Below, in pieces: positions 1 through 8,507 of a stretch of 32,000 nt of DNA. The notes beneath the pieces were generated by a model. The model saw nothing but the letters and a program-made list of their open reading frames with translations. It was not told the origin of the DNA and searched no databases. Numbering within the stretch: position 1 is the first letter of the stretch; each line of letters opens with the position of its first letter. The stretch is from contig NZ_JAUSQV010000001.1 in the NCBI RefSeq assembly GCF_030811475.1, positions 3,920,880-3,952,879 of the forward strand. Direction: 5' to 3'. The position numbers and the translations under genes were made by a program. The stretch comes from Nakamurella flavida (GTDB taxonomy: Bacteria; Actinomycetota; Actinomycetes; Mycobacteriales; Nakamurellaceae).

Positions 1-183
1 CCGCCGCCCGCCGGCCCCACGGGCCCGCCGAGCGGCTCGGCCCCGTCCGGTGGGGACTTCGGCCCGCACACCCAGGCGTTCCGGCCGGACTTCGACGACA
101 CCGGCGAACACCCCCAGGGTGACGGGCCCCCCACCCAGGCGTGGCGGCCGGATGACGACGGGAATCCACCGCCCCGGCGGTGA
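1..183 (+). CDS. 3' end of an upstream gene encoding a proline-rich C-terminus (partial; start lies outside the window)
   Basis: Frame 1 is open from base 1 to TGA at 181-183 (PPPAGPTGPPSGSAPSGGDFGPHTQAFRPDFDDTGEHPQGDGPPTQAWRPDDDGNPPPRR*). Third codon positions are almost all G/C, as in the confident genes. A strong hairpin follows. No domain recognised. Confidence 0.4.
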   Translation, partial: PPPAGPTGPPSGSAPSGGDFGPHTQAFRPDFDDTGEHPQGDGPPTQAWRPDDDGNPPPRR

Positions 184-194
184 CCATCGCAGAT

Positions 195-232
195 GCAGAA
201 CAGCCGGACCCCGCGGGGTCCGGCTGTTCTGC
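195..232. terminator. Hairpin between convergent genes (candidate bidirectional terminator)
   Basis: GCAGAACAGCCGGACCCC (195-212) is the exact reverse complement of GGGGTCCGGCTGTTCTGC (215-232). It lies between the stop at 181-183 (+) and the fumC stop at 277-279 (-). The flanking T/A tract is poor, as is usual in high-GC actinobacteria. Confidence 0.55.
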
Positions 233-276
233 GTCCTGTTCCCGTGCCGATCGCGCGGCCGGCGTCCGGGGACGGA

Positions 277-1734
277 TCAGGGGTGGGTCATGGACAGCAG
301 ATCGAGCGCCTCGTCGAGCTGGGTGTCGGTGAGCTTGCCGGAGGTGACGTGCCCGCGGGAGCGGACCACCTCGGCGATCGTGCGGGACTCCTTCAGGGCC
401 TGCTTGGCCACGGAAGCGGCCTCCTCGTACCCGATGTACTTGTTCAGCGGGGTCACGATGGACGGCGAGGCCTCGGCGTAGAACAGGCACTTCTGCCGGT
501 CGACCTCCAGGCCCGCGATGCACCGGTCGGCCAGCAGGCGCGAGACGTTGGCCAGCAGCCGGATCGACTCGAGCAGGTTGCGGGCGATCACCGGGAGCAT
601 CACGTTCAGCTCGAAGTTGCCCTGCGAGCCGGCGAACGCGACGGTGGCGTCGTTGCCGATGACCTGGGCCACCACCTGCAGGGTCGCCTCCGGCAGCACC
701 GGGTTGACCTTGCCGGGCATGATCGACGACCCGGGCTGCAGGTCGGGAAGGTGCAGCTCGCCCAGGCCCGCGCGCGGACCCGATCCCATCCAGCGGATGT
801 CGTTGCAGATCTTGTTCAGGCCGACGGCGATGGTGCGCAGCTGGCCGGACGTCTCGACCAGTGCGTCCCGCGCGCCCTGGGCCTCGAAGTGGTTGCGGGC
901 CTCGGTGAACGGCAGATCGGTGAGCCGGGCCAGCTCCTCGATGACGGCCGCGGCGAACCCGGGCGGGGTGTTGATGCCGGTGCCGACGGCGGTGCCGCCC
1001 AGCGGCAGCTCGGCCAGCCGGGGCAGCGAGCCGGACAGCCGGTCCACGCCGTAGCGGATCTGCGCGGCGTAGCCGCCGAACTCCTGGCCCATGGTCACCG
1101 GGGTGGCGTCCATCAGGTGCGTCCGGCCGGCCTTGACCACGTCCGACCACTCGTCGGCCTTGATCTGCAGGGCGCCGGCCAGGTGGTTCAACGCGGGGAT
1201 CAGCTCGGTGACCACGGCCTCGGTGGCGGCCACGTGGATCGACGACGGGAAGACGTCGTTGGACGACTGCGAGGCGTTGACGTGGTCGTTCGGGTGGATC
1301 GCCGCACCGTCCTGCGAGGCCAGCGAGGCGATCACCTCGTTGGTGTTCATGTTCGAGCTGGTCCCCGAGCCGGTCTGGAAGACGTCGATGGGGAAGTGCC
1401 CGTCGAACTCGCCGTCGGCGACGCGGGTGGCCGCGGCGGTGACCGCCCGGGCCTGCTCGTCGGTGATCACCCCGAGTCGGGCGTTGACCGTCGCCGCGGA
1501 GGCCTTGATCAGGGCGAGTGCGCGGATCTGCGCCCGCTCGAGCCCGCGGAAGGAGATCGGGAAGTTCTCCACGGCCCGCTGGGTCTGCGCCTTGTACAAC
1601 GCATCCGCCGGCACCCGGACCTCGCCCATGGTGTCGTGCTCGATGCGGAAGTCGCCTGCCGGGCCCGTCGACGGGGCCGGGGCGTCAGCGGAGGATGCGG
1701 TCGCGGGCGTGAACTCGCCGTTGTGTTCTGCCAT
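277..1734 (-). CDS. fumC: Class II fumarate hydratase
   Basis: The [11 protein letters not shown] signature and full-length fumarase/aspartase-family similarity are visible in the translation. I trimmed the 555-aa track ORF to the internal ATG at 1734 (MAEHNGEF...); the upstream 70 codons are Arg/Pro-rich junk. Confidence 0.95.
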   Translation of the reverse strand: MAEHNGEFTPATASSADAPAPSTGPAGDFRIEHDTMGEVRVPADALYKAQTQRAVENFPISFRGLERAQIRALALIKASAATVNARLGVITDEQARAVTAAATRVADGEFDGHFPIDVFQTGSGTSSNMNTNEVIASLASQDGAAIHPNDHVNASQSSNDVFPSSIHVAATEAVVTELIPALNHLAGALQIKADEWSDVVKAGRTHLMDATPVTMGQEFGGYAAQIRYGVDRLSGSLPRLAELPLGGTAVGTGINTPPGFAAAVIEELARLTDLPFTEARNHFEAQGARDALVETSGQLRTIAVGLNKICNDIRWMGSGPRAGLGELHLPDLQPGSSIMPGKVNPVLPEATLQVVAQVIGNDATVAFAGSQGNFELNVMLPVIARNLLESIRLLANVSRLLADRCIAGLEVDRQKCLFYAEASPSIVTPLNKYIGYEEAASVAKQALKESRTIAEVVRSRGHVTSGKLTDTQLDEALDLLSMTHP

Positions 1735-1879
1735 GCGGGCCAAACTATCCGGGTCCGGGCGGGTACGGCGCTCCCGTCGGCCGACTCCGGGGCTGATCTG
1801 CATCACAGCGGGCGCCGGGGCGGCTCCGCACGGGCCGCCGCGGCGGGGGGCCCACGGGGGTGCGTGGGAACATGGACCC

Positions 1880-2479
1880 ATGGCCGCCCGACGCACCACC
1901 ACCATGCGCGACATGGTGCTGTCGATGGGTCTGCTGACCGTCATCGCGCTGCTCGGGGCGGCGTTCTACTTCGGGTTCAGCTTCTCCCCGGGCGGGCCCA
2001 CGGCGGGGGAGAACCCGACCGCCGACGTGACCCGCGGCTTCGACACCTCCGAGGCCTCGGTGGGCTTCCCGGTGCTCACTCCCACCGGTCTACCGGCCGC
2101 GTTCCAACCCAGCTCGTTCTCCCGGACGGCCGCCGGTGGGTCCGCCCCGCCCGCGGTGCGCGGTGGCTGGCTGGTCGACGGCGAACGGTTCATCACCCTC
2201 ATCGAGTCCTCCGCGCCGGTCGCCGATGTGCTCACCGCCGAACTGGGCGAGCAGGCCGAGATCGGCGCCACCGGTGTGGTGCAGGCCGGCGGCCGGGAGT
2301 GGTCGCTGGCGGTGGGCCGACGGGACGAGGCGGCGTGGTTCCTCACCGTGCCGGCCGCCCAGGTGCCCGGCGGCAGCGGGTCGGGCCAACTGGTCTACCT
2401 GATCACCGGTACGGCCACGCCCAAGGCCTTCCAGACGCTGGCCGCCGCAGTCACCGCACAGCTCACCGCGGCCGGCTGA
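1880..2479 (+). CDS. DUF4245-like membrane-anchored protein
   Basis: ATG at 1880 is in frame with track ORF 1091..2479. The product starts [31 protein letters not shown] (one N-terminal TM helix) followed by a ~170-aa domain. It is divergent from fumC, as DUF4245 genes typically are in actinobacteria (family assignment from memory). Confidence 0.7.
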   Translation: MAARRTTTMRDMVLSMGLLTVIALLGAAFYFGFSFSPGGPTAGENPTADVTRGFDTSEASVGFPVLTPTGLPAAFQPSSFSRTAAGGSAPPAVRGGWLVDGERFITLIESSAPVADVLTAELGEQAEIGATGVVQAGGREWSLAVGRRDEAAWFLTVPAAQVPGGSGSGQLVYLITGTATPKAFQTLAAAVTAQLTAAG

Positions 2480-2498
2480 CCGCTCACTGCCGTCCTGG

Positions 2499-2747
2499 TC
2501 AGGCGCTGTCCTCGTCGGCGCGGGCCAGCGCCGACTCGACCCGTTCCCGGGCCCCGTCCAGCAGCCGGGTGCACACCCCGGCCAGGTGCTCACCGCGTTC
2601 CCACAGCGTCAACGACTCCTCCAGCGGCAGTCCACCGGCCTCGAGGCGGGCCACCACCTGGGCGAGCTCGTCCCGGGCCTGCTCGTAGCTGGTCGGCCCG
2701 TCGTCGGCCGCCGGGGCGGGGGAGGCGGGTTCGCGGGTGGCGGCCAT
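2499..2747 (-). CDS. xseB: Exodeoxyribonuclease VII small subunit
   Basis: 82 aa containing [40 protein letters not shown], the typical XseB helical hairpin. It lies immediately downstream of xseA on the same strand. Confidence 0.9.
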   Translation of the reverse strand: MAATREPASPAPAADDGPTSYEQARDELAQVVARLEAGGLPLEESLTLWERGEHLAGVCTRLLDGARERVESALARADEDSA

Positions 2748-2837
2748 CGTCGGGTGTCCTTCCGGGCGGGGTGCGGGGTGCGGGTCAGGTTCTCACGGCG
2801 TCGGCCGGCGGCGGGCCGCTCGGGAGCGGGCGGCCGG

Positions 2838-4112
2838 TCAGGAGTCCGGCGCGGCGCCGTCGCTCACGGCGAGCACCGCGCCGTCGGCCACCCGGACCCG
2901 CAGGGTCGTCCCGGCCGGGGCCTGGTCGATCGACCGCAGCACGGTCCGCGTCCCGGCGTCGACCGTCTGGACCACGGCGTACCCGCGGGCCAGGGTCGCA
3001 GCCGGACCGAGGACGGACAGTTGCGCCCGGCGGTGCGCGAGGTCGCGGTCGGCCCGGTCGAGCGTCGTGTGCACCCAGCGGCGGGCCCGTTCGGTGGCCA
3101 CCTGCACGTCCTGGCGGCGCCGTTCGATCGGGCCGAGCGGGTCGGCGAGCACCGTCGCCGCGGTCAGCCGGCCCAGGCGTGCCTGCTCGGTGAGCACCCA
3201 CCCGGTGAGCGCCCGGCGGGCCCGGGCCCGGAGCTGCTCGACCTGCCGGAGCTCGGCGGCCATGTCGGGCACCACCCGCTTGCCGGCGTCGGTCGGCGTG
3301 GAGCACCGGACGTCGGCGACGTCGTCCAGGATCGGATGGTCCGGTTCGTGCCCGACCGCGCTGATCACCGGTGTCCGGCAGGCGGCCACGGCCCGGCACA
3401 GCGTCTCGTCGGAGAACGGCAGCAGGTCCTCCACGCTGCCGCCGCCCCGGGCGATCACGATGACGTCCACCTCGGGGTCGGCGTCCAGCCTGGTCAGCGC
3501 GTCGATGAGCTGGGTGACGGCGTTCAGACCCTGGACGGCCGCGTACTCGATGCGGAACCGCACCGCGGGCCACCGCGCCCGGGCGTTGGCCAGCACATCG
3601 GACTCGGCGGCGCTCGCCCGCCCGGTGATCAGCCCCACGGCCCGGGGCAGGAACGGCAGCGGGCGCTTCCGGGCGGCGGCGGTCAGCCCCTCGGCGGCGA
3701 GCAGGCGGCGCACCCGCTCCAGCCGGGCCAGCAGCTCTCCGAGGCCGACCGGGTGCATCTCGTCGACGCGGAACGACAGCGACCCCCGCGCCGGGTAGAA
3801 CTCGAAACGCCCGTGCACCACCACCCGGGATCCCTCGCTGGGCGGCGCGGCCAATCCGGCCAGCACCGAACGCGAGCAGGTGACCTGCAGGGACATCGTC
3901 ACCGAGGCGTCCCGCAGCGTCAGATAGGCCGTCTGGGCGCCCGGCCGCAGGGTGAACTGGGCGATCTGCCCCTCCACCCAGGCCGCCGGGGCCCGGGAGA
4001 TGTACTCGGTCATCCGCTGGGTGAGCGCACGAACCGGCCACGGGTTCTCCCGGGTCGTCTGCCCGGCCGTCGCCGGCGGCGCCTGCGGGCCGGTCACCGG
4101 GCACCCGGGCAC
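2838..4112 (-). CDS. xseA: Exodeoxyribonuclease VII large subunit
   Basis: 424 aa. The N-terminal OB-fold region (VWVEGQIAQ...RPG...YLTLRD) and the catalytic/coiled-coil region are typical of XseA. It is paired with xseB. Confidence 0.92.
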   Translation of the reverse strand: MPGCPVTGPQAPPATAGQTTRENPWPVRALTQRMTEYISRAPAAWVEGQIAQFTLRPGAQTAYLTLRDASVTMSLQVTCSRSVLAGLAAPPSEGSRVVVHGRFEFYPARGSLSFRVDEMHPVGLGELLARLERVRRLLAAEGLTAAARKRPLPFLPRAVGLITGRASAAESDVLANARARWPAVRFRIEYAAVQGLNAVTQLIDALTRLDADPEVDVIVIARGGGSVEDLLPFSDETLCRAVAACRTPVISAVGHEPDHPILDDVADVRCSTPTDAGKRVVPDMAAELRQVEQLRARARRALTGWVLTEQARLGRLTAATVLADPLGPIERRRQDVQVATERARRWVHTTLDRADRDLAHRRAQLSVLGPAATLARGYAVVQTVDAGTRTVLRSIDQAPAGTTLRVRVADGAVLAVSDGAAPDS

Positions 4113-4128
4113 GGGGCCGCGGCGGCGC

Positions 4129-5361
4129 TCACTCGGCCGACTGGCCCAACGTGGTGATCCGGTTCGTCAGCAGGGTCAGGAACGGAGCCCGGCCGCGGTG
4201 CTGCTGCTCGAACAGCAGCAGATCAGCCGTCTGGGCCGCGGTGAGGCTCCCCAGGTGGCCGCGGACCTGGGCCACGGTCATCCCGCTGTATCCGGCCAGC
4301 GCATCGGGCTCGTCCGGTGTCGTGGTCGGGGTGGTGGTGGTGGTGGCCGTGGCTGAACCGGTGCCGGCTTTCGGGTCCGCGGCGACCGACGGGGTGGGCG
4401 GGGTCGAGGGCACAGCCGTCGGTGCGGAGGTCGGCGGGACGACCGCCGGCCCGGCCGGCTTGGGCGTGGTGGCCGCGTCCCGGGTGCGCGCGGCCGCGGC
4501 CGCGCTCCGGGCGGTGTCCTCGGCGGTCAACCCGTGCGGCGCGCGCTCGGGGGTGACGGCGTCCACCGAGGTGGGGACCGGCCGGGGCGGGCGGGCCGCC
4601 GGGTGCGCCGGGGTGGGTCGGACCTCGGGCCCACCCACCGGGGTGGGTGTCGGTGCGGGCGCGGCGGGCTTGGGCGGGGTCGGCACGGGCGGGGTGGACG
4701 CAGGCGGGGCGGATGCAGACGGGGCGGACGCGGCGGTGGGGACGGGCGCGGTGCCGACGGTCGGCTCACCGCCGACCGCGGCGGCCAGCAGGGCCTCGGA
4801 GCCACCGGCCGGCGGGTCGAGGGCGGCGTCCGCCGCTGCCCGGCGGGTCCGGGTGGTGGCGGTCCCGTCGGCCTCGGCCACGGCCGCGGGGGAGTCGGCG
4901 GGCGTGTGGGCGGACGGGCCGGTGTTCTCGTGGTGGACCGCGGGAAGCACGTCGTCCAGGTCGGGCAGCACGGTGGGCGCCTGTGCCGGCCCGCCGGGGA
5001 TCGGGCCACTGCTGGAGCTCCGGTGCGCGTGCTCGTGCTGGTCGTCGTGATCGGCGGCATCACCCGCATCGTCGGCCGGGCGGCCCATGGCGGAGGTCGG
5101 CGCGTCGTCGTCGTCGTCGTCGAAGCGGGCCCAGGCCGGGCTGTCCCCGCCGGATCCCCGGGTGAGGCCGGAGAGCAGCTCCTCCCCGCGGCCGGCGAGC
5201 TCGGCGACCTCCTGTTGCACCTTCATCGACAGGCGTACGGCGCGGCCGACGAGGGTCACCGGCAGGGCCGGGAGCTCCTCGGGCAGGCGCTTGAGGGTGT
5301 CGATGCCGGTACCGACGAGTCCGGCGGCGACGAGCACGGGGGTCGGCAGGGTGAGGGCCAT
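4129..5361 (-). CDS. Rv1109c-like protein with conserved termini and a long Pro/Ala/Thr-rich low-complexity core
   Basis: ATG at 5361 is preceded by GGAGA. The N-terminus is an amphipathic region ([52 protein letters not shown]). The C-terminus is [25 protein letters not shown]. It sits between xseA and ispH as Rv1109c does in M. tuberculosis; from memory, some pipelines call this family lipid droplet-associated protein. Confidence 0.7.
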   Translation of the reverse strand: MALTLPTPVLVAAGLVGTGIDTLKRLPEELPALPVTLVGRAVRLSMKVQQEVAELAGRGEELLSGLTRGSGGDSPAWARFDDDDDDAPTSAMGRPADDAGDAADHDDQHEHAHRSSSSGPIPGGPAQAPTVLPDLDDVLPAVHHENTGPSAHTPADSPAAVAEADGTATTRTRRAAADAALDPPAGGSEALLAAAVGGEPTVGTAPVPTAASAPSASAPPASTPPVPTPPKPAAPAPTPTPVGGPEVRPTPAHPAARPPRPVPTSVDAVTPERAPHGLTAEDTARSAAAAARTRDAATTPKPAGPAVVPPTSAPTAVPSTPPTPSVAADPKAGTGSATATTTTTPTTTPDEPDALAGYSGMTVAQVRGHLGSLTAAQTADLLLFEQQHRGRAPFLTLLTNRITTLGQSAE

Positions 5362-5473
5362 GTCTCCAGACTGCCGTATCCGCCGGCGGTCGGCCCGCGC
5401 CGGGTGTCCGGAGATGACCCGCGCGGGGCTGCGTGCGCCGCCCGACGTCGACGGACCGACCTACCATGGGGTC

Positions 5474-6439
5474 ATGACCGCCGCCACGACCCGCCGTGTC
5501 CTGCTCGCCCGTCCCCGCGGTTACTGCGCCGGCGTGGACCGGGCCGTGGTCACGGTGGAGAAGGCGCTCGAGCAGTACGGCGCCCCGGTCTACGTCCGCA
5601 AGCAGATCGTCCACAACAAGCACGTGGTGGCCGGTCTCGAGGCGCGCGGGGCGGTCTTCGTCGACGAGACCGAAGAGGTCCCCGAGGGGGCGATCGTGGT
5701 GTTCTCCGCGCACGGGGTGTCCCCGGCGGTGCACGAGGAGGCCGCGCAGCGCGATCTGCGGGTCATCGACGCGACCTGCCCGCTGGTCACCAAGGTGCAC
5801 AAGGAGGCCGTCCGGTTCGCCTCCGAGGGGTACGACATCGTCCTCATCGGGCACCGCGGGCACGAGGAGGTCGAGGGCACGCAGGGCGAGGCCCCCGACG
5901 TCATCCAGGTCGTGGACACCGCCGCGGACGTGGACGCGGTCCAGGTCGCCGACCCCGAGAAGGTGATCTGGCTCTCGCAGACCACCCTGTCGGTGGACGA
6001 GACCCTGGAGACGGTCGACCTGCTCCGTCGGCGGTTCCCGCTGATGACCTCACCGCCGAGCGACGACATCTGCTACGCCACCCAGAACCGGCAGGAGGTC
6101 GTCAAGCAGATCGCCGACGACTGCCAGCTGGTCATCGTGGTGGGCTCCAAGAACTCGTCGAACTCCGTGCGGCTGGTCGAGGTGGCCCTGGACGCCGGCG
6201 CGGACACCTCGTACCTGGTGGACGACGCGACCGAGATCGACGAGGCCTGGCTGACCGGCGTGGGCACGGTCGGGGTGACCTCGGGCGCCTCGGTGCCGGA
6301 GGACCTGGTGGACGGGGTGCTGGCCTGGCTGGCCGAGCGCGGCTACGCCGACGTGCAGGAGTTCACCGCGGCGACCGAGACGTTGACCTTCTCGCTGCCC
6401 AAGGAGCTGCGCCGGGATCTGCGTCCGGCCAACCGCTGA
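5474..6439 (+). CDS. ispH: 4-hydroxy-3-methylbut-2-enyl diphosphate reductase
   Basis: Internal ATG at 5474 ([25 protein letters not shown]...) gives a 321-aa protein with full-length IspH/LytB similarity. The track ORF from 5087 carries an implausible extension. Confidence 0.95.
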   Translation: MTAATTRRVLLARPRGYCAGVDRAVVTVEKALEQYGAPVYVRKQIVHNKHVVAGLEARGAVFVDETEEVPEGAIVVFSAHGVSPAVHEEAAQRDLRVIDATCPLVTKVHKEAVRFASEGYDIVLIGHRGHEEVEGTQGEAPDVIQVVDTAADVDAVQVADPEKVIWLSQTTLSVDETLETVDLLRRRFPLMTSPPSDDICYATQNRQEVVKQIADDCQLVIVVGSKNSSNSVRLVEVALDAGADTSYLVDDATEIDEAWLTGVGTVGVTSGASVPEDLVDGVLAWLAERGYADVQEFTAATETLTFSLPKELRRDLRPANR

Positions 6440-6467
6440 CCACGGTGCCGACAGGTGCCCGCCGGGG

Positions 6468-6917
6468 TCAGTGGTGCCCGGCGGTGGCGCGCGGACGCGC
6501 TGCGGTCGACCGACGCAGCGGCTGCGCGTAGATCCGGATGCCGCCCAGCATGAGGACGAGCAGGGTGCCGATGAGCATGGTCGGGAACGTGGCGATGACC
6601 CGCAGCGCGGTGGCGTAGAGCCCGCTGGTCGCGGTGAACGCGATACCACCGACGAGCACGCCGAAGACGAGCACCAGCGGCGGCTGCACCATCGCGGTGA
6701 ACAGGGAACCACGGCGGACGAACAGCACCGCCGCGACCACTCCGAACCAGAAGCCCAGCCGCAGACCCCAGCTGAGCTGACCGCTGATCACGCCGTCGGC
6801 GGCCGCGCCGACCATGGTCAGCACGAGCGCGATGGCCACGGCCGACCACCAGGGGCCGCCCTTGCGGGTGGGCACCACGCTGGCATCGACGGCGGGAACG
6901 GTTCCGGGCGAGGTCAC
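6468..6917 (-). CDS. Small integral membrane protein (about four predicted TM helices)
   Basis: GTG at 6917 overlaps the rmuC TGA (GTGA, 6914-6917). The product VTSPGTVPAVDASVVPTRKGGPWWSAVAIALVLTMVGAAADGVI... has four hydrophobic segments. The remainder of the 565-aa track ORF is antisense/out-of-frame to rmuC. Confidence 0.65.
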   Translation of the reverse strand: MTSPGTVPAVDASVVPTRKGGPWWSAVAIALVLTMVGAAADGVISGQLSWGLRLGFWFGVVAAVLFVRRGSLFTAMVQPPLVLVFGVLVGGIAFTATSGLYATALRVIATFPTMLIGTLLVLMLGGIRIYAQPLRRSTAARPRATAGHH

Positions 6918-8092
6918 CGCTCCACGGTAGCGGCTGGCCGGTGGGCCGGCGTGTGACTCGGCGGCCGTGCGTCCCGTTCGTCCGGGCCGGGGGACAGGCC
7001 GGCCGGGCCGCCGGTCGGCGGTCGCAGTTCGGTGGACTGGGCCCGCAGCGGGGTGGATCCGATGGGCGGCGCGGCCGGAGCCGGCTCGCCCGGTACCCCG
7101 AGATCGGTGAACCGCCGCGCGGTGACCAGCACCCGGCTGTCCATCGACCGCACCAGCTGGTTGTAGGACTCCACGGCCCGTTCCAGGCCCGTGCCCGCCC
7201 GCGCCAGGTGCTCGGCCATGGTGGCGAGCCGCCCGTGCAGCTCGCGGCCCAGGGCGTGGATCTCCGTGGCCGATGCGGTCAGCGTCTCCTGCCGCCAGGT
7301 GAAGGCGATCGTCCGCAGCAGGGCGATCAGGGTGGTCGGGGTGGCCAGGATGACCGACCGGGAGAAGGCGTGGTCGGCCAGCCCCGGGTCGTGCACCAGG
7401 GCGGCGTCCAGCAGCGGTTCGCCGGGCACGAACAGCACGACGAACTCCGGGGCGGGCTGGAACGCCGACCAGTACGCCTTGCCCGCGAGGGCATCGACGT
7501 GACCCCGCAGCGCCCGGGCGTGGGCGGCCATGGCCCCGGCCCGTTGGCGGTCGTCGGGTGCGTCGAGGGCGGCCAGCCAGGCGGCGAACGGCATCTTGGC
7601 GTCCACCGGGATGCTGCGGCCGCCGGAGAGTCGCACCACCATGTCGGGGCGCACTCCGGGGGCGGCGCGACCGGCCCGGTCCCGTGCGCCCGGCGCGCTG
7701 ACCTGGACGTCGAAGTCGCAGTGTTCGACCATGCCGGCGAGCTCCACGATGCGCTGCAGCTGGATCTCCCCCCACCGGCCGCGGACCTGCGGAGCACGGA
7801 GCGCACCGACCAGCGACCGGGTCTGCCCACCCAGTTCGGTGGATGCCCGGTGCAGCGCGGCCACCTGTTCGTGCAGGCCGGCATAGGCGCCCACCCGGTC
7901 CCGTTCGACCTCCCGCAATCGGTCCTCCACCCGCTGCATGGCCTGCGAGGCGGGGGCGAGGAGGGCGGAGAGCTGGGCGGTGTCCGCGGCCCGGCTGCTG
8001 CCGGTGGATCGGCCGATGAGCAGTCCGAGGCCGACGCCGACGGCGATCAGGGCCGCTCCGAGCAGCAGGGTGGTGGCGTCCATGGTCCGCAC
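6914..8092 (-). CDS. rmuC: DNA recombination protein RmuC
   Basis: 392 aa with an N-terminal TM anchor (LLLGAALIAVGVGLGLLIG), a coiled-coil and a C-terminal RmuC nuclease-like region (PDMVVRLSGGRSIPVDAKMP...VLFVPGEPLL). The start is GTG 8092 or ATG 8083. Confidence 0.88.
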   Translation of the reverse strand: MRTMDATTLLLGAALIAVGVGLGLLIGRSTGSSRAADTAQLSALLAPASQAMQRVEDRLREVERDRVGAYAGLHEQVAALHRASTELGGQTRSLVGALRAPQVRGRWGEIQLQRIVELAGMVEHCDFDVQVSAPGARDRAGRAAPGVRPDMVVRLSGGRSIPVDAKMPFAAWLAALDAPDDRQRAGAMAAHARALRGHVDALAGKAYWSAFQPAPEFVVLFVPGEPLLDAALVHDPGLADHAFSRSVILATPTTLIALLRTIAFTWRQETLTASATEIHALGRELHGRLATMAEHLARAGTGLERAVESYNQLVRSMDSRVLVTARRFTDLGVPGEPAPAAPPIGSTPLRAQSTELRPPTGGPAGLSPGPDERDARPPSHTPAHRPAATVER

Positions 8093-8320
8093 CCTGCCGC
8101 AGACCCCCGACAGTCCTCACCCGTCCGCCCAGCACCCGGCACCGCCCCCGAGGTGCGATCGCCACGGTGCCCGGGTCGTTCCTTGGCGCCCTGGTCCGGG
8201 TCTCCAGCAGACGTCACCGGCGGGAGCTCACGGATGGCCCACCACGTCCGGCGGTCTGCCGGCCGGGTGTGGGTCGACAGACAGCGGATCGGACGCGCCG
8301 GTCGCGGTAGGCTCCGTGCC

Positions 8321-8407
8321 ATGTCCGTCCAGGGTGTTCCGTTGGTGTGCCGTCGCGAGGTCGACCTCGTGCGCGTCACCAGCGCGGCGTGTTGCCCTGC
8401 GTCCTAG
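8321..8407 (+). promoter_or_regulatory. Candidate Cys-codon leader mini-ORF (28 aa) upstream of sirA
   Basis: ATG 8321 to TAG 8405-8407 encodes MSVQGVPLVCRREVDLVRVTSAACCPAS, with tandem Cys codons TGT TGC at 8390-8395. A -10-like TAGGCT (8308-8313) ends 7 nt before the ATG and there is no SD, which suggests a leaderless transcript. It is paralogous to the mini-ORF at 14128. Confidence 0.5.
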
Positions 8408-8507
8408 ACCCGACCCCGTTCGCCGCCGCGCCGGGATGTCGTCCTCCCGCTGACGTCCGCCGTCGCTGCCGGGTGGCCATCTCCAGCCAGATCCGCAAGG
8501 ACGTGCT

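Noticed and set aside
193-2688. 831-aa plus-strand ORF spanning the fumC region
   Set aside because: It is antisense to a clearly recognisable fumarase. The translation is Arg/Gly/Pro/Ala-rich low-complexity sequence, as expected from stop-poor high-G+C DNA. Only its last 199 codons (from ATG 1880) form a plausible gene (DUF4245-like).
5462-5476. TACCAT hexamer 6 nt upstream of the ispH ATG, suggesting a leaderless ispH mRNA
   Set aside because: The geometry is plausible, but a single hexamer match without a second line of evidence is too weak to report as a promoter.
2586-6531. Long plus-strand ORFs 2586..4157, 2737..3798, 4151..5050 and 4534..6531, and minus-strand 2785..4104
   Set aside because: They lie antisense to, or out of frame with, xseA, the Rv1109c-like gene and ispH. 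Their compositions are dominated by R/G/P/A and they have no motifs. These are high-GC artefacts.
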